From Mobula hypostoma (Eukaryota): DNA of 64,000 bases. Shown here piece by piece: positions 1 through 10,791 of the stretch. The DNA lies in the NCBI RefSeq assembly GCF_963921235.1, contig NC_086100.1, forward strand, positions 38,254,001 through 38,318,000, in the 5' to 3' direction. The position numbers were made by a program, and so were the translations under genes. The stretch's first letter is position 1, and each line of letters starts with the position of its first letter. The notes under the pieces are model-generated. The model saw nothing but the letters and a program-made list of their open reading frames with translations, was not told where the DNA came from and searched no databases.

Positions 1-1962
1 TCGAAAATCTCATAGTGTGTTTAACTACCAGGTTATCAGTTAACTTACTCAGAGGCAAAGGAAGTGAGAATCCAAGAAGGGAAATAATAGAAAATTTATT
101 AACAGAGTTAACCTCTAAAGAAATCCACATCGGGCAATCCTCACTATTAATGTAATATAACCAGAATGTAAGATTTCTTATATTAACTGTCCAATAATAA
201 AATCTGAAGTTTGGTAAGGCTAATCCTCTATTCTTTTTATCTTTCTGAAGATGAATTTTATTTAATCTAGAATGCTTATTCTTCCATATATAAGAAGATA
301 TAATAGAGTCAAGAGAATCAAAAAAAGATTTAGGAATAAAAACCGGCAATGCCTGAAAAAGATATATAAATTTAGCTAATATATTCATTTTGATAGTTAA
401 TTCGACCAATCAGCAATAACGAAAGAGGCAATTAATTTAATAATATCTTTTTTTACATGATTCAATAGGGTTAGAAAATTTTCTTTAAATAGACACTTAC
501 AGTTTTTAGTGATTGTTACAGTTAAGTAGGTAAATTAGTTTCTTACAATTTTAAAAAGAATTTGTTGGTATCAAATTGTTCAAAGGAAAAAGTTCACTTT
601 TATGTAGGTTTAATTTATAACCTGAGTACTGGCTAAAACAGGAGAGTAAAGAAAGCACATGGGGTGATGAAGTCTCAACATTAGAAATAAATAGCAGCAG
701 ATCATCAGCGTACAGCGAGATTTTATGAATAGTGTCTCTCCTTAAAATACCGGTGATATCATTAGATTCTTGAAAGGCAATGGTTAAAGGTTCTAAGCCC
801 AGATCGAAAAGCAAAGAGCTCAATGGAAAGCCTTGTCTAGTGCCATGTTGAAGCTTAAATGGTTTGGAATTATGAGAATTAGTGATAACCCTAGCAGAAG
901 GAGCTAAATAAAGTAATTTAATCCGTTGAATGAAAACGGGTCCAAAATTGAATTTTTCTAAAATTTTAAATAAATAATTCCATTTAACTCTGTCAAAAGC
1001 TTTCTCAGCATCTAGGGGTACCACACAATCCGATATCATATCAGAAGGAGAATAAATAACATTTAATAACTGACGAATATTAAAGTGAGAATATCGATTT
1101 TTGATAAATCCAGTTTGGTTATCAGAAATGACAGATGGTAAAATATTTTCAATCCTATGAGCCAAAACTTTTGATAGGATCTTAGTATCAACACTAAGTA
1201 AAGAAATTGGTCGATAAGAAGAGCATTCAGTTGGATCCTTATTCTTTTTAAGAATAAGCAAAATGGAAGACTCATAATCTGAAACAGCAATTGCTTTATA
1301 TTCACAGGATCAAACTGATGGAATCATTTGGCTATCAATAAAAAAGAATCAATCCTGGAATATGTATAGTGGACATGAGAGAAAAACAAATGTTCCTTGT
1401 CTACTGGATGAAAAAACCGGCAAGCATCAACAATGCCACATTTCATTAAAAAAGTTTTAATAAACACAGCTGATTTATTTGGTATCATTGGTTTAGAAGA
1501 TGAACAATCTAAAACTGGATCTAAGCAACAATTAAAGTCTCCACCCATCACCACTGAGTACAGACTTAGATCTGGCAAAAATGAAAAAAACGCTCAAAGA
1601 AACCTGGGTCATCTATATTTGGAGCATACACATTGGCAAATACCATTAATTTTTTGTTTAGTTTCCCTGATACTACAACAAAACACCCATTAGTATGAGA
1701 AAATACTTTATGTTGAACAAAGGGAACTTTATTATCTATAAAGATCAAAACCCCTCTAGCTTTGGCTTGAAACGAGGAATGGAAATGGAGATTCTCTCCA
1801 TCGATTAAAAAGGCGTGAATTATCACACTTATGTACATGGGTTTCTTGAAGAAAAACAATTGGTACCTCAATTTTTATAATATAGGCAAAAATCTTATTT
1901 CTTTTCATGGGATGATTTAGCCCTTTCACGTTAAAACTAAGTAAATTAATACTTTGATCCAT
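1..1962 (-). pseudogene. L1 ORF2p remnant (APE endonuclease + reverse transcriptase) with internal linker deletion
   Basis: ORF pieces 1756..1962, 1566..1871 and 1324..1578 (EN), and 551..1261 (RT with YADD). Confidence 0.9.
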
Positions 1963-2389
1963 TTAAAAACTATTTATAAGAAAGGTGAAAGCAGCAATCA
2001 AAAAATGTATATTAAACCCAAATAATAAACCTTGAGATATATTAGCTAAGCAACAGAATTGACTAGATTCCCAAATCAGCTTCAAGAAAAAAAGAACTCC
2101 CCATCCCCTTCCCTCCTCCCAAAGAGAGAAACTCGGTCAAAGAACAACCGCCATCTACCTCCCCTAAACACATTCCATTAGAAAGCCTGTTGGAACTGTT
2201 CCAAAGAATTCAAGGTTATTTACTGTTTCAACCAAGACTAAATAATATACAGTGAAAAACAAGCTCAGACAGGTTTATCGAACAGAAATAGCTATTATTC
2301 ATACTGAAAATATTAAACAGTCATTTTTTAAAATATGCAGTATTTCTGTTTATGCAAGATTTTTAATATATTCAATATATGTATACAGT

Positions 2390-3161
2390 CATTCTTTTGA
2401 ATCTAAAAATTCTTGCGCCGATCCTTCGTATAAAACCATTTAAATGATCCATCTTCCATTGTAATTCTCAGTCGAGCCGGAGAACGAAAAGAGGGTTTAA
2501 AATTTTGGCTGTATAGCTCTGCCACAACTTTTTAAAACTTAACACGTTCTGCCATAACTTCTGTTGAAAAATCTTCAGCGATACGAATCTTTTGATCTTG
2601 ATAGTCAATCACACCTTTTCCATAGGCAGCACGAATCAGACGATCCTTTATTTGAAATTCATGGAAACATATAATGACTGATCTTGGTTTTGATTTTGAA
2701 GTCGATCCGTAGATAGACAACCTGTGGGCATGATCAATCAAAGGCAGATACTTCATAATATCAGGGAATAATTCCATCAAATGATTTGCAAAGAATTCTT
2801 TAGGATTATCTCCTTCCGTTTGTTCTTTAAGTCCCAAGATTCATAAGTTGTTCCTCCTACTTCTGTTTTCCAGATCAATAATCTTCTGTCTCATTATTTC
2901 GATGGACTTGGATTGTTTTTCATACAGCTTTTGCAAATCATCCATTCTCTCGTCCAGTAAAATAATTACATCTTCATGTTCCTTTAGCTTCTTATCATGC
3001 TTGGTTAGAATTGCTTGAATATCTTCTAGTTTCGTACCTATTTGTTTAATTTCAGCGCTGATTTCTTTTCTGAACTGTTGAAACTCCTCAGTAAGCTTTT
3101 GAACTGAGCCCATAATAACTTCCAAAGCTGCTTTGGTAGTCATAGTAATATAATAACCCAT
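2390..3161 (-). pseudogene. L1 ORF1p remnant (coiled coil + RRM/CTD)
   Basis: ORFs 2841..3161 and 2532..2837 share a frame and are split by a TGA in NNL*ILGL. Homology continues past the 2532 stop (FKPSFRSPARLRIT). Confidence 0.88.
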
Positions 3162-3675
3162 CTAACAGTAATATTTCAAAAGGTTGGAGAGAAAAGTAAA
3201 TAAATTGGGAGCACCAGCAAAGAGCTGTTACTCCATCAGCAGCCAGCAGGCAAAATCCCTGAAAATTATATCAATATGTTACTTCATTTCTTGGTGGAAG
3301 AATTAAGGATACATTTGATGCTGATGTATCTGATTAGTAAATCATTTATACAGTTATTATATTGACACACAAGTGTTTTATTTGTTGTCATCCCCATATC
3401 ATGCTGATCCCTTTGCCTGATGACATTAACCTTGTCTGCCCTGTTCTAACTTCAAACAGCCATCCTTCCCTTGCAGCTTCCCCTTTCCCACTGCTGTTAT
3501 CTGCTGTTGCTGCTCTTGCGTGAGTTGCAACTCTTCTCCAGGCTGTTGGCTGAAATGCCTGCTCTTACAAAATGTTTCTTTCAATAATAAGCAGAAGTAT
3601 TATTCCCAAAGAAGTAACACACATCAAAGTTGCTGGTGAACGCAGCAGATCAGGCAGCATCTCTAGGAAGAAGTA

Positions 3676-3717
3676 CAGTCGACGTTTCAGGCCAAGACCC
3701 TTCGTCAGGACTAACTG
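3676..3717 (-). ncRNA. Minimal type I hammerhead ribozyme motif, catalytic core intact
   Basis: Minus strand reads cagttAGTC-CTGACGA-agggtcttggcct-GAAA-C-GTC-GACTg: CUGANGA and GAAA boxes, short stem II, palindromic ACGT stem III, GUC cleavage triplet, AGTC/GACT stem I. Confidence 0.8.
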
Positions 3718-4509
3718 AAGGAAGAGCTAGTAAGAGATTTGAAAGTGGGAGGGGGAGGGGGAGATCCAAAATGATAGGAGAAGACAGGAGGGGGAGGGAT
3801 GGAGCCAAGAGCTGGACAGGTGATTGGCAAAGGGGATATGAGAGGATCATGGGACAGGAGGCCCAGGGAGAAGGAAAAAGGGGGAGGGGGGGAACCCAGA
3901 GGTTGGGCAAGGGGTATAGTCAGAGGGACAGCGGGAGAAATAGGAGAGTGAGAGAAAAAATGTGTGTATATAAATAACGGGTGGGCTACGAGGGGGAGGT
4001 GGGGCATTAGCGGAAGTTAGAGAAGTCAATGTTCATGCCATCAGGTTGGAGGCTACCCAGATGGAATATAAGGTGTTGTTCCTCCCATTCTGACATGTCT
4101 ATCCACGGCCTCCTCTACTGTAAAGATGAAGCCACATTCAGGTTGGAGGAACAACACCTTATATTCCGTCTGGGTAGCCTCCAACCTGATGGCATGAACA
4201 TTGACTTCTCTAACTTCTGCTAATGCCCCATCTCCCCCTCGTAGCCCATTCGTTATTTTTATACACACATTCTTTCTCTCACTCTCCTTTTTCTCCCTCT
4301 GTCCCTCTGACTATACCCCTTGCCCATCCTCTGGGTTCCCCCCCCCCTTTTTCCTTCTCCCTGGGCCTCCTGTCCCATGATCCTCTCTTATCCCTTTTGC
4401 CAATCACCTGTCCAGCTCTTGGCTCCATCGCTCCCCCTCCTGTCTTCTCCTATCATTTTGGATCTCCCCCTTCCCCTCCCACTTTCAAATCTTTTACTAG
4501 CTCTGCCTT

Positions 4510-4550
4510 CAGTTAGTCCTGTGAAGGGTCTCGGCCCGAAATGTCGACTG
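4510..4550 (+). ncRNA. Degenerate hammerhead motif
   Basis: agtc-ctg-tga-agggtctcggccc-gaaa-tgtc-gactg; one base of CUGANGA is lost. Confidence 0.6.
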
Positions 4551-4887
4551 TACCTCTTCCTAGAGATGCCGCCTGACCTGCTGCGTTCACCAGCAACTTT
4601 GATGTGTGTTGCTTGAATTTCCAGCATCTGCAGAATTTCTCGTGTTTGCATTCCCTAAGAAGTACTGGTAGTGGGTATTAGCTAAGTGTAGTGGAACTGA
4701 TTGCTCTTTAATCAGTAAACACAGACAAGTGGACACTGACTCCAGAATGCTTGATGGCCTGTCTATATAAAGTAAGTTTGTTTAAAATTTTACAATTCAT
4801 TTGAAGGATGGTGTTCTCTTCCTGCAATTAAAGTAGTATACTCCAATGACAAAGAAGTAACCTGGTCAACTATATTATGTAACCAGT

Positions 4888-5165
4888 TTTGTGCTCTTAT
4901 TTAAATAAGGATGAGCTGAGATTGGAGAGGGTTCAAAGGAGGTTCACAAAAATGATTCCGGGATTGAAATGCTTATCATATGAAGAGCTTTTGATGGCTC
5001 TGGGTCTGTACTCACTGGAATTTAGAAGAACGAGGTGGGATATAATTGAAACCTATCTAATGTTGAAAGGCCTAGATAGAGTGGATGTGGAGAGGATATT
5101 TCCTATAGTGAGGAGTCTGGGACCAGAAAGCACAACTTCAGAATAGAGGAATGTCCATTTAGAAC
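4888..5165 (+). mobile_element. CR1 LINE 3' fragment
   Basis: LERVQRRFTKMIPGL..LSYEE..LGLYSLE is the typical CR1 ORF2 C-terminus. Confidence 0.85.
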
Positions 5166-5494
5166 AGACAATCCAAGCATATCCGATCTCTCCTTATATC
5201 TCATGCCTTCCAATTTATTAGCAATACAGCACAGATTAGGCCCTTCCAACCCTTTGAGCTATGCTGCCCCAGCAATCCTGACAAAACGCAATGAATTCTA
5301 ATCTAATCACAGGACAATTTACAATGACCAATTAACCTACTCAGTACTATTTGGACTGTGGGCAGAAACCGGAGCAGCTGGGGAAAACCCAAGTGTTCTA
5401 CAACCATACAGACAATGCTGGAATTAAACTCCGAACACTGGACCATGCTGAGCTATAGTAGTGTCGCACTAACCACTACGCTACTGTGCTGCCC
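5166..5494 (-). repeat. Inverted duplicate of 6232-6560 (SINE plus ~50 bp of its CR1 flank)
   Basis: 329 bp reverse-complement match with about 7 substitutions by eye. Confidence 0.9.
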
Positions 5495-6231
5495 TCTGAC
5501 AAATTCTATTTTAAGCTGCAGATCTGCTGATTCTCTTCCTGACTGGAAGGAAAATATCTTCTTCACAGAGTCCTAGTAGGTAAAATGGGAGGAGGTAATG
5601 GATGGTCAAACATTGAGGTGGAGTGAAGGGTCAATATTTGTTGAAGTTGTTCAAATAAAGTATCTTGGTCAATGATTTACAAACTGTGATTAAGATAGTG
5701 TGCATTGACTACCAGTGGTAGAGTATGCCCATGTTGTGTTGGAATCTAATTGGGGTTCTATTGATGTGACCACTGCCAATTGGAACATCATAATGGGACT
5801 CTTTCAGCAGAAGCTTCAGCTAGCAGTATCAAAGTTTCTATCACTGGTTGTCAGAGATTGGCAAGAGGCAAGTGCTCAAATGAGTACAACCATTTTCAGT
5901 GTGATCCTGCCTGTATGTAATGGACATCTTTCTGATATATTTTCCTTTGTTCCAAAAGCTTATCTGTTTCAGTCACCTTTTCTACTACAATCAGGTTTCT
6001 GAAGCCACTAACAAATTTTGATTCAACCACCCTGCTGAAATGCATGTTACACCGGTAAGCTGGCTGGTGTGCCTGCCTTCTTCAGCTGTGGTATTGAGTA
6101 CAAAAACTGGGAAGGTTATGGCTGTACAAAACGTTAATGAGACCTCATTTGGACTGGTTTATGCAGTTCTGGTAGCCGTGCCACAGAATGGATTTGTTCA
6201 AGTTGGAAAGAGTGCATCAGGGTGAAATATT

Positions 6232-6511
6232 GGGCAGCACAGTAGCGTAGTGGTTAGTGCGACACTACTATAGCTCAGCATGGTCCAGTGTTCGGAGTTT
6301 AATTCCAGCGTTGTCTGTATGGTTGTAGAACACTTGGGTTTTCCCCAGCTGCTCCAGTTTCTGCTCACAGTCCAAATAGTACTGAGTAGGTTAATTGGTC
6401 ATTGTAAATTGTCCTGTGATTAGATTAGAGTTTATTGTGTTTTATCAGGATTGCTGGGGCAGCATAGCTCAAAGGGTTGGAAGGGCCTAATCTGTGCTGT
6501 ATTGCTAATAA
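6232..6511 (+). mobile_element. tRNA-derived SINE (HE1/V-SINE-like) with CR1-type tail
   Basis: A-box-like tagcgtagtggttag, B-box-like ggagtttaattcc, central gggttttccccagctgctccagtttctgctcacagtccaaa and ggttaattggtcattgtaaattgtcc, tail gaagggcct..tgtgctgtat. Confidence 0.82.
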
Positions 6512-7015
6512 ATTGGAAGGCATGAGATATAAGGAGAGATCGGATATGCTTGGATTGTCTTCCCTGGGTGAAGGAAGTTGAGGGTTGAACTTATTGAGGC
6601 TTATAAAATTACAAGTTGCATGGATAGGATAGATGTTCTTGTCTTTTTCCTAGAATGGGAAGTGTAAAACTAGAGGGGGTAGATTTAAGGTAAAAGGGGA
6701 TTAATTGAAAGGGGACATGAAGGGCAAGTATTTCACACATAGGGTGATATGTGGAACAAGTTGCAAAGGAGATGGTAGAGGTGGATACAATTACAAGAAA
6801 CATAGATAGGGAGGGTTTAGATGGACATAGGCCAAATGCGAGTGTTCTCAGCCCAAAACATTGACTGTTTACTCTTTTCCATTGATGCTACCTGGCCTGC
6901 TGAGATCCTCCAGAATTTTGCACGTGTTGCCCAAATGCCGGCAAATTGGATTAGTTTAGGTAAGCATTTTGGTCAGCATATGTAAGTTGGGCTGAAGTGC
7001 CTGTGCTGTATTGCT
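6512..7015 (+). mobile_element. Old CR1 3' end, interrupted by a small PLE insertion
   Basis: Decayed YKERxDxLGL..LIEAYKI similarity and a gggctgaag..tgtgctgta 3' end. Confidence 0.7.
6840..6930 (+). mobile_element. 91 bp tail-less PLE pLTR fragment
   Basis: tctcagcccaaaacattgactg..gatgctacctggcctgctgagatcctccag..gtgttg matches the other pLTRs. Flanked by ccaaatgc (6832-6839 / 6931-6938). Confidence 0.7.
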
Positions 7016-8371
7016 CTAAAAAAATTGAAATCTGAATTCTCAGCTAAACTATGATTTTCCCATTTAGTAAGTGTCTAACAACATAGCTAGAGCTGTGCAG
7101 CAAGCAGTGAATAATAGTACAGATGAACTGACCCCAGAAAATGTGAGTCTATCATCTCAGTTCTGCACCACTCAAAGAAAAAAAAAACTACTTAATAAAA
7201 TGAACATATATGCTGGTTAATCTAATGTTTCAAGTAATTTCTATTTATGCAAACAAATGTTTTGCATTCTGTACATTCCTCAAAAAGAAGTAGAACGTGC
7301 AAAGTGCAAGAAAGATGTATGAATAATGAAAATGATAAAACATTTGGAATTTGGCCTCATGATCTTTACGACCACTTCAATGAAAGGGCTGCATCAAGAT
7401 AAATATTGAACTTTGTTCATGATAATCTCATTACCTTTAACTGTTGTGGGAAGGAATGGATTAAAGGCTATTGGGTAAAAACTTAAAAACACTGAATGGC
7501 ATATGAGCTATTCAACAATTATGAGCAAATTAAGTGTATTTTTCCCGAGGATTTATCATTTATTCATTGCAGATGCAGATCTACAGAATGAAACAAATAT
7601 AACATATTTAACTATACTTCCTTTACAGTACATATCTTTATCAGTATCCGTAGACATGTCAAACGTGCAAAAAAATAACACTAATTTTGAATGGCATCAT
7701 TTATGATAAATATGATTGTGTACAGGACTAACAAAGGCTTTGTATATTTGCTCATTATTTTCAAAAGGATAACTCACTTTGCCTGGATCAGATGTTACTA
7801 TTGTTCCTTAGCAGAACATTACTTAATACTGATATAGTTTGCTTTTGTGCTTGCTCATTTTGTAAGGAAACTGAGTGTTTGCTAAGCACCATTTGGCCGG
7901 ATTTAGTATTTCCCGCACTTTATCATAATATTGACAGTAGAACAGGTTTTACATGTGCATTCTTTCCCATTTGTTTGTAGTTTTCTCTCTTATTCCTACC
8001 TTGTTTCTTAGACTAATAGCTTCTCGGTCTTTGCTGAAAACAAGGATCATTCATAATATCACTTAGATCCAAAAACCCAGGTATGACTTCTTCTGCTAAT
8101 AGAACCCTCCCTGCATTTTTTTTTGACAGATGTGGAAGATAGCTAATTTTACATCCTTGAACCTAAATCTATTAACTACTGACACCATTACCTATCCAAT
8201 GGTAAAACCAACTTGCTTGTTAATTTCTGTTGCTTTGATTGAGTGTACAAATTTGTTATAATTTTGTTACTAAAAGAATGCTTAGAATTAAAAGAATTTC
8301 TCAGTGTACCCAGCAACACTCACAACACGCTGGAGGAATTCAGCAGGTCCGGCAGCATCCGTGGGAACGAA

Positions 8372-8410
8372 CAGTCGACATTTCGGGCTGAGACCCTTTG
8401 TCAGGACTGA
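8372..8410 (-). ncRNA. Degenerate hammerhead motif (CpG-decayed)
   Basis: cagtc-ctgacaa-agggtctcagccc-gaaa-tgtc-gactg. Confidence 0.6.
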
Positions 8411-8737
8411 AGAGGGTGAGGGCAGGGGCCCTATAAAGAAGGTGGGGGGAGGGTGGGAAGGAGAAGGCTGGTAGGTTCCAGGTGAAAAACCAGTAAGGGG
8501 AAAGATAAAGGAGTGGGGAAGGGGAAGCAGGGAGGTGATAGGCAGGAAAGGTGAAGAAGGAATAGGGGAAAACACAATGGGTAGTAGAAGCTGCCTACTA
8601 CCTCCCTCATGGTTCCGCCTCCTTCTACTACCCATTGTGCTTTCCCCTATTCCTTCTTCACCTTTCCTGCCTATCACCTCCCTGCTTACCCTCCCCCACC
8701 CCTTTATCTTTCCCCTTACTGGTTTTTCACCTGGAAC

Positions 8738-9177
8738 AGACACCAATAGAATCAACAAACTCATTCGTAAGGCCAGTGATGTTGTGGGGATGGAACTGGA
8801 CTCTCTGACGGTGGTGTCAGAAAAGAGGATGCTGTCCAAGTTGCATACCATCTTGGACAATGTCTCCCATCCACTACATGATATACTGGTTGGGCACAGG
8901 AGTACATTCAGCCAGAGACTCATTCCACCGAGATGCAACACAGAGCATCATAGGAAGTCATTCCTGCCTGTGGCCATCAAACTTCACAACTCCTCCCTTG
9001 GAGGGTCAGACACCCTGAGCCAATAGGCTGGTCCTGGACTTATTTCATAATTTACTGGCATAATTTACATATTACTATTTAATTATTTACGGTTTTATTA
9101 CTATTTAATTATTTATGGTGCAACTGTAACGAAAACCAATTTCCCCCGGGATCAATAAAGTATGACTATGACTATGA
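8738..9177 (+). mobile_element. Rex1/Babar-like LINE 3' end with (TATGAC)n tail, inserted in the PLE arm
   Basis: DTNRINKLIRKASDVVG..ILDNVSHPLH..PPRCNTEHHRKSFLPVAIKL, then aataaag(tatgac)3. Splits the host sequence cctggaac|ctaccagcc. Confidence 0.85.
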
Positions 9178-9242
9178 CTACCAGCCTTCTCCTTCCCATC
9201 CTCCCCCCACCTTCTTTATAGGGCCTCTGCCCTTCCTCTCTT

Positions 9243-9280
9243 CAGTCCTGACGAAGGGTTCCGTCCCGAAACATTGACTG
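9243..9280 (+). ncRNA. Hammerhead motif, core boxes intact, stem III/cleavage triplet decayed
   Basis: cagtc-CTGACGA-a-ggg-ttccgt-ccc-GAAA-catt-gactg. Confidence 0.68.
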
Positions 9281-9449
9281 ATTGTTTCCATGGATGCTGC
9301 CCCACCTGCTGAGTTCCTCTAGCATGTTGTGAGTGTTGCTTTGACCCCAGCATCTGCAGAATATTTTGTGTCTCAGTGTACTCATCCATGCTAGCCTGAG
9401 GCTCCTGCAAGAGGCTGGGTATCTTGCAGACAGAGTCTCACCTTATGGC

Positions 9450-9945
9450 TCCCCAGTGCCTTTTCATCAACCACAAGGCACACTTTAGAAATTTGTTTGA
9501 ATACTCTCCACTTGTGTTTATGAGTACAGCTCTAACAACCACAAGGGGTTCATCATCAGTCAGGACAAAACAGCTCAATTGACTGAAATCCTATCTGCTA
9601 ACCGTTCACTACTTTCACCCATCTGCATTGTTAGCAATTTGCAACATTCAGTGCCATTCTCAACAAGGCTACAGTGTCAGCACCTCCAACATCCAAAAAT
9701 GTCTACCATCCAGAAGGATAAAGCAACAAATGTTTGAGAACACCACCACCTACAGGTTCCTTGCTAAATTACATAATATCCTGACTGAAATATATTGCTG
9801 TCCTTTCAATGACATCAAGTCTAATCATGGAATTCCTCACAAGTTTCCACAGTTGAAGTGCCTTCACCAAAAGAACCACATATTTTCAAGAAGACATCTC
9901 ACCACCAGCTTAGGCAATCAATGTACCCTTTGTGAATGAAAGAAA
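9450..9945 (+). mobile_element. Ancient CR1/L2-group LINE 3' fragment
   Basis: Decayed similarity to a KA..EYSPL..MS.A.TT....QDK.A.L ORF2 C-terminus; ends tgtgaatgaa. Confidence 0.5.
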
Positions 9946-10330
9946 GTTTTAATTTTGTTTCATTTACTCACCACTTGAACTGAAAATATAGTCCTTGAGA
10001 AGGGAAGGAATAGTCCAGCTGTCACGGTGAGACAAATAGTTAATTGGGTCAGGCCAGGTCTTTTCTGGAAGAAGAATCTCAAACATTCTGGAAACAACTT
10101 GGTGATTATTTGTGAATTTAGGTAGAGGACTTCCTTCTGCGGTTTTGGCTGAAACTGTGTATTCAAGTGCTAGTAAGCTAGTTGTGATCTGTGTTCGTTT
10201 GTACCTGAATTTTGCAGCAAGGTTCTAGAATCATGTTCTCCTCTCAAACCCCAATGTTCCTGACATTTTCTTGGTTCAATTTTATACAATTTAGTAGCCA
10301 TGCATTAAATAGATGGTGACAGATTCTACT

Positions 10331-10493
10331 CACAACACGCTGGAGGAACTCAGCAGGTCGGGCAGCATCCATGGAAAAACTCTACTGAGAACTCTAGTAG
10401 AGTTTTTCCACGGATGCTGCCCAACCTGCTGAGATCCTCCAGCGTGTTGTGAGTGTTGCTTTGACCCCAGCATCTGCAGATTATTTTGTGTTT
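10331..10493. mobile_element. Miniature hairpin PLE derivative (pLTR ends only)
   Basis: 59 bp arms at 10328-10386 and 10396-10454, tail 10455-10493. Perfect 15 bp TSD gtgacagattctact (10316-10330 / 10494-10508). Confidence 0.92.
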
Positions 10494-10791
10494 GTGACAG
10501 ATTCTACTAAAGTGAGGAATTTTTATTTGGTTCCATTTGTCAGGAACTAGTGGGGAGTGGGATTGATGTGATTACTTTGAAATCTAGCATGAACTCAATT
10601 GCCCAAATGGTCTCCTCCTATATTTTATGAACAGATGAGAAAAATGAAATTTAAGAAATAATGGAACCTAATTCAAAGCAATGATTCATGAGCAATGAGC
10701 TAGCTCTGATATACACACACTTGTAACTAGTCTTTTAAGAACTGGTGATGAACTTATCTCTGTGTTTTTTTACTGTTTGCTATTTCTGCTT

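Larger units (their letters stand above)
1..3259 (-). mobile_element. L1/Tx1-type LINE: 5'UTR, ORF1, spacer, ORF2 (runs off the window's left edge); inactivated
   Basis: ORF1 has the L1-type motif ENRSRRNNL. ORF2 has an APE endonuclease start (LLSFNVKGLN, FLQETH, GGDFN, YSRID) and RT motifs (YRPISLL, QTGF, LDAEKAFD, GTRQG, YADD). Multiple stops and frameshifts. Confidence 0.93.
3617..4649. mobile_element. Neptune-type Penelope-like element, two inverted 3' arms (pLTR + end of GIY-YIG)
   Basis: ~3617-4084 is the reverse complement of ~4143-4610. The right arm encodes RLEEQHLIFRLGSLQPDGMNIDFSNF. Tail on the right only. TSD attcccaaagaagta (3602-3616) / attccctaagaagta (4650-4664). Confidence 0.92.
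8315..9370. mobile_element. Neptune-type PLE (second subfamily), inverted pLTR arms, with a nested LINE fragment
   Basis: 8315-8590 is the reverse complement of 8622-8737 joined to 9178-9337. Tail on the right. TSD tctcagtgtacccagc (8299-8314) / tctcagtgtactcatc (9371-9386). Confidence 0.88.

Noticed and set aside
3630-4651. Cluster of overlapping Pro/Gly/Arg-rich ORFs
   Set aside because: By-products of the purine/pyrimidine-skewed PLE 3'UTR in both orientations.
6232-6310. tRNA gene
   Set aside because: It is a SINE head: no cloverleaf, and it continues into the SINE core and LINE-derived tail.
8288-9026. Long ORFs of 217 aa and 163 aa
   Set aside because: Chimeric read-through across inverted PLE arms and a nested LINE fragment; not genes.
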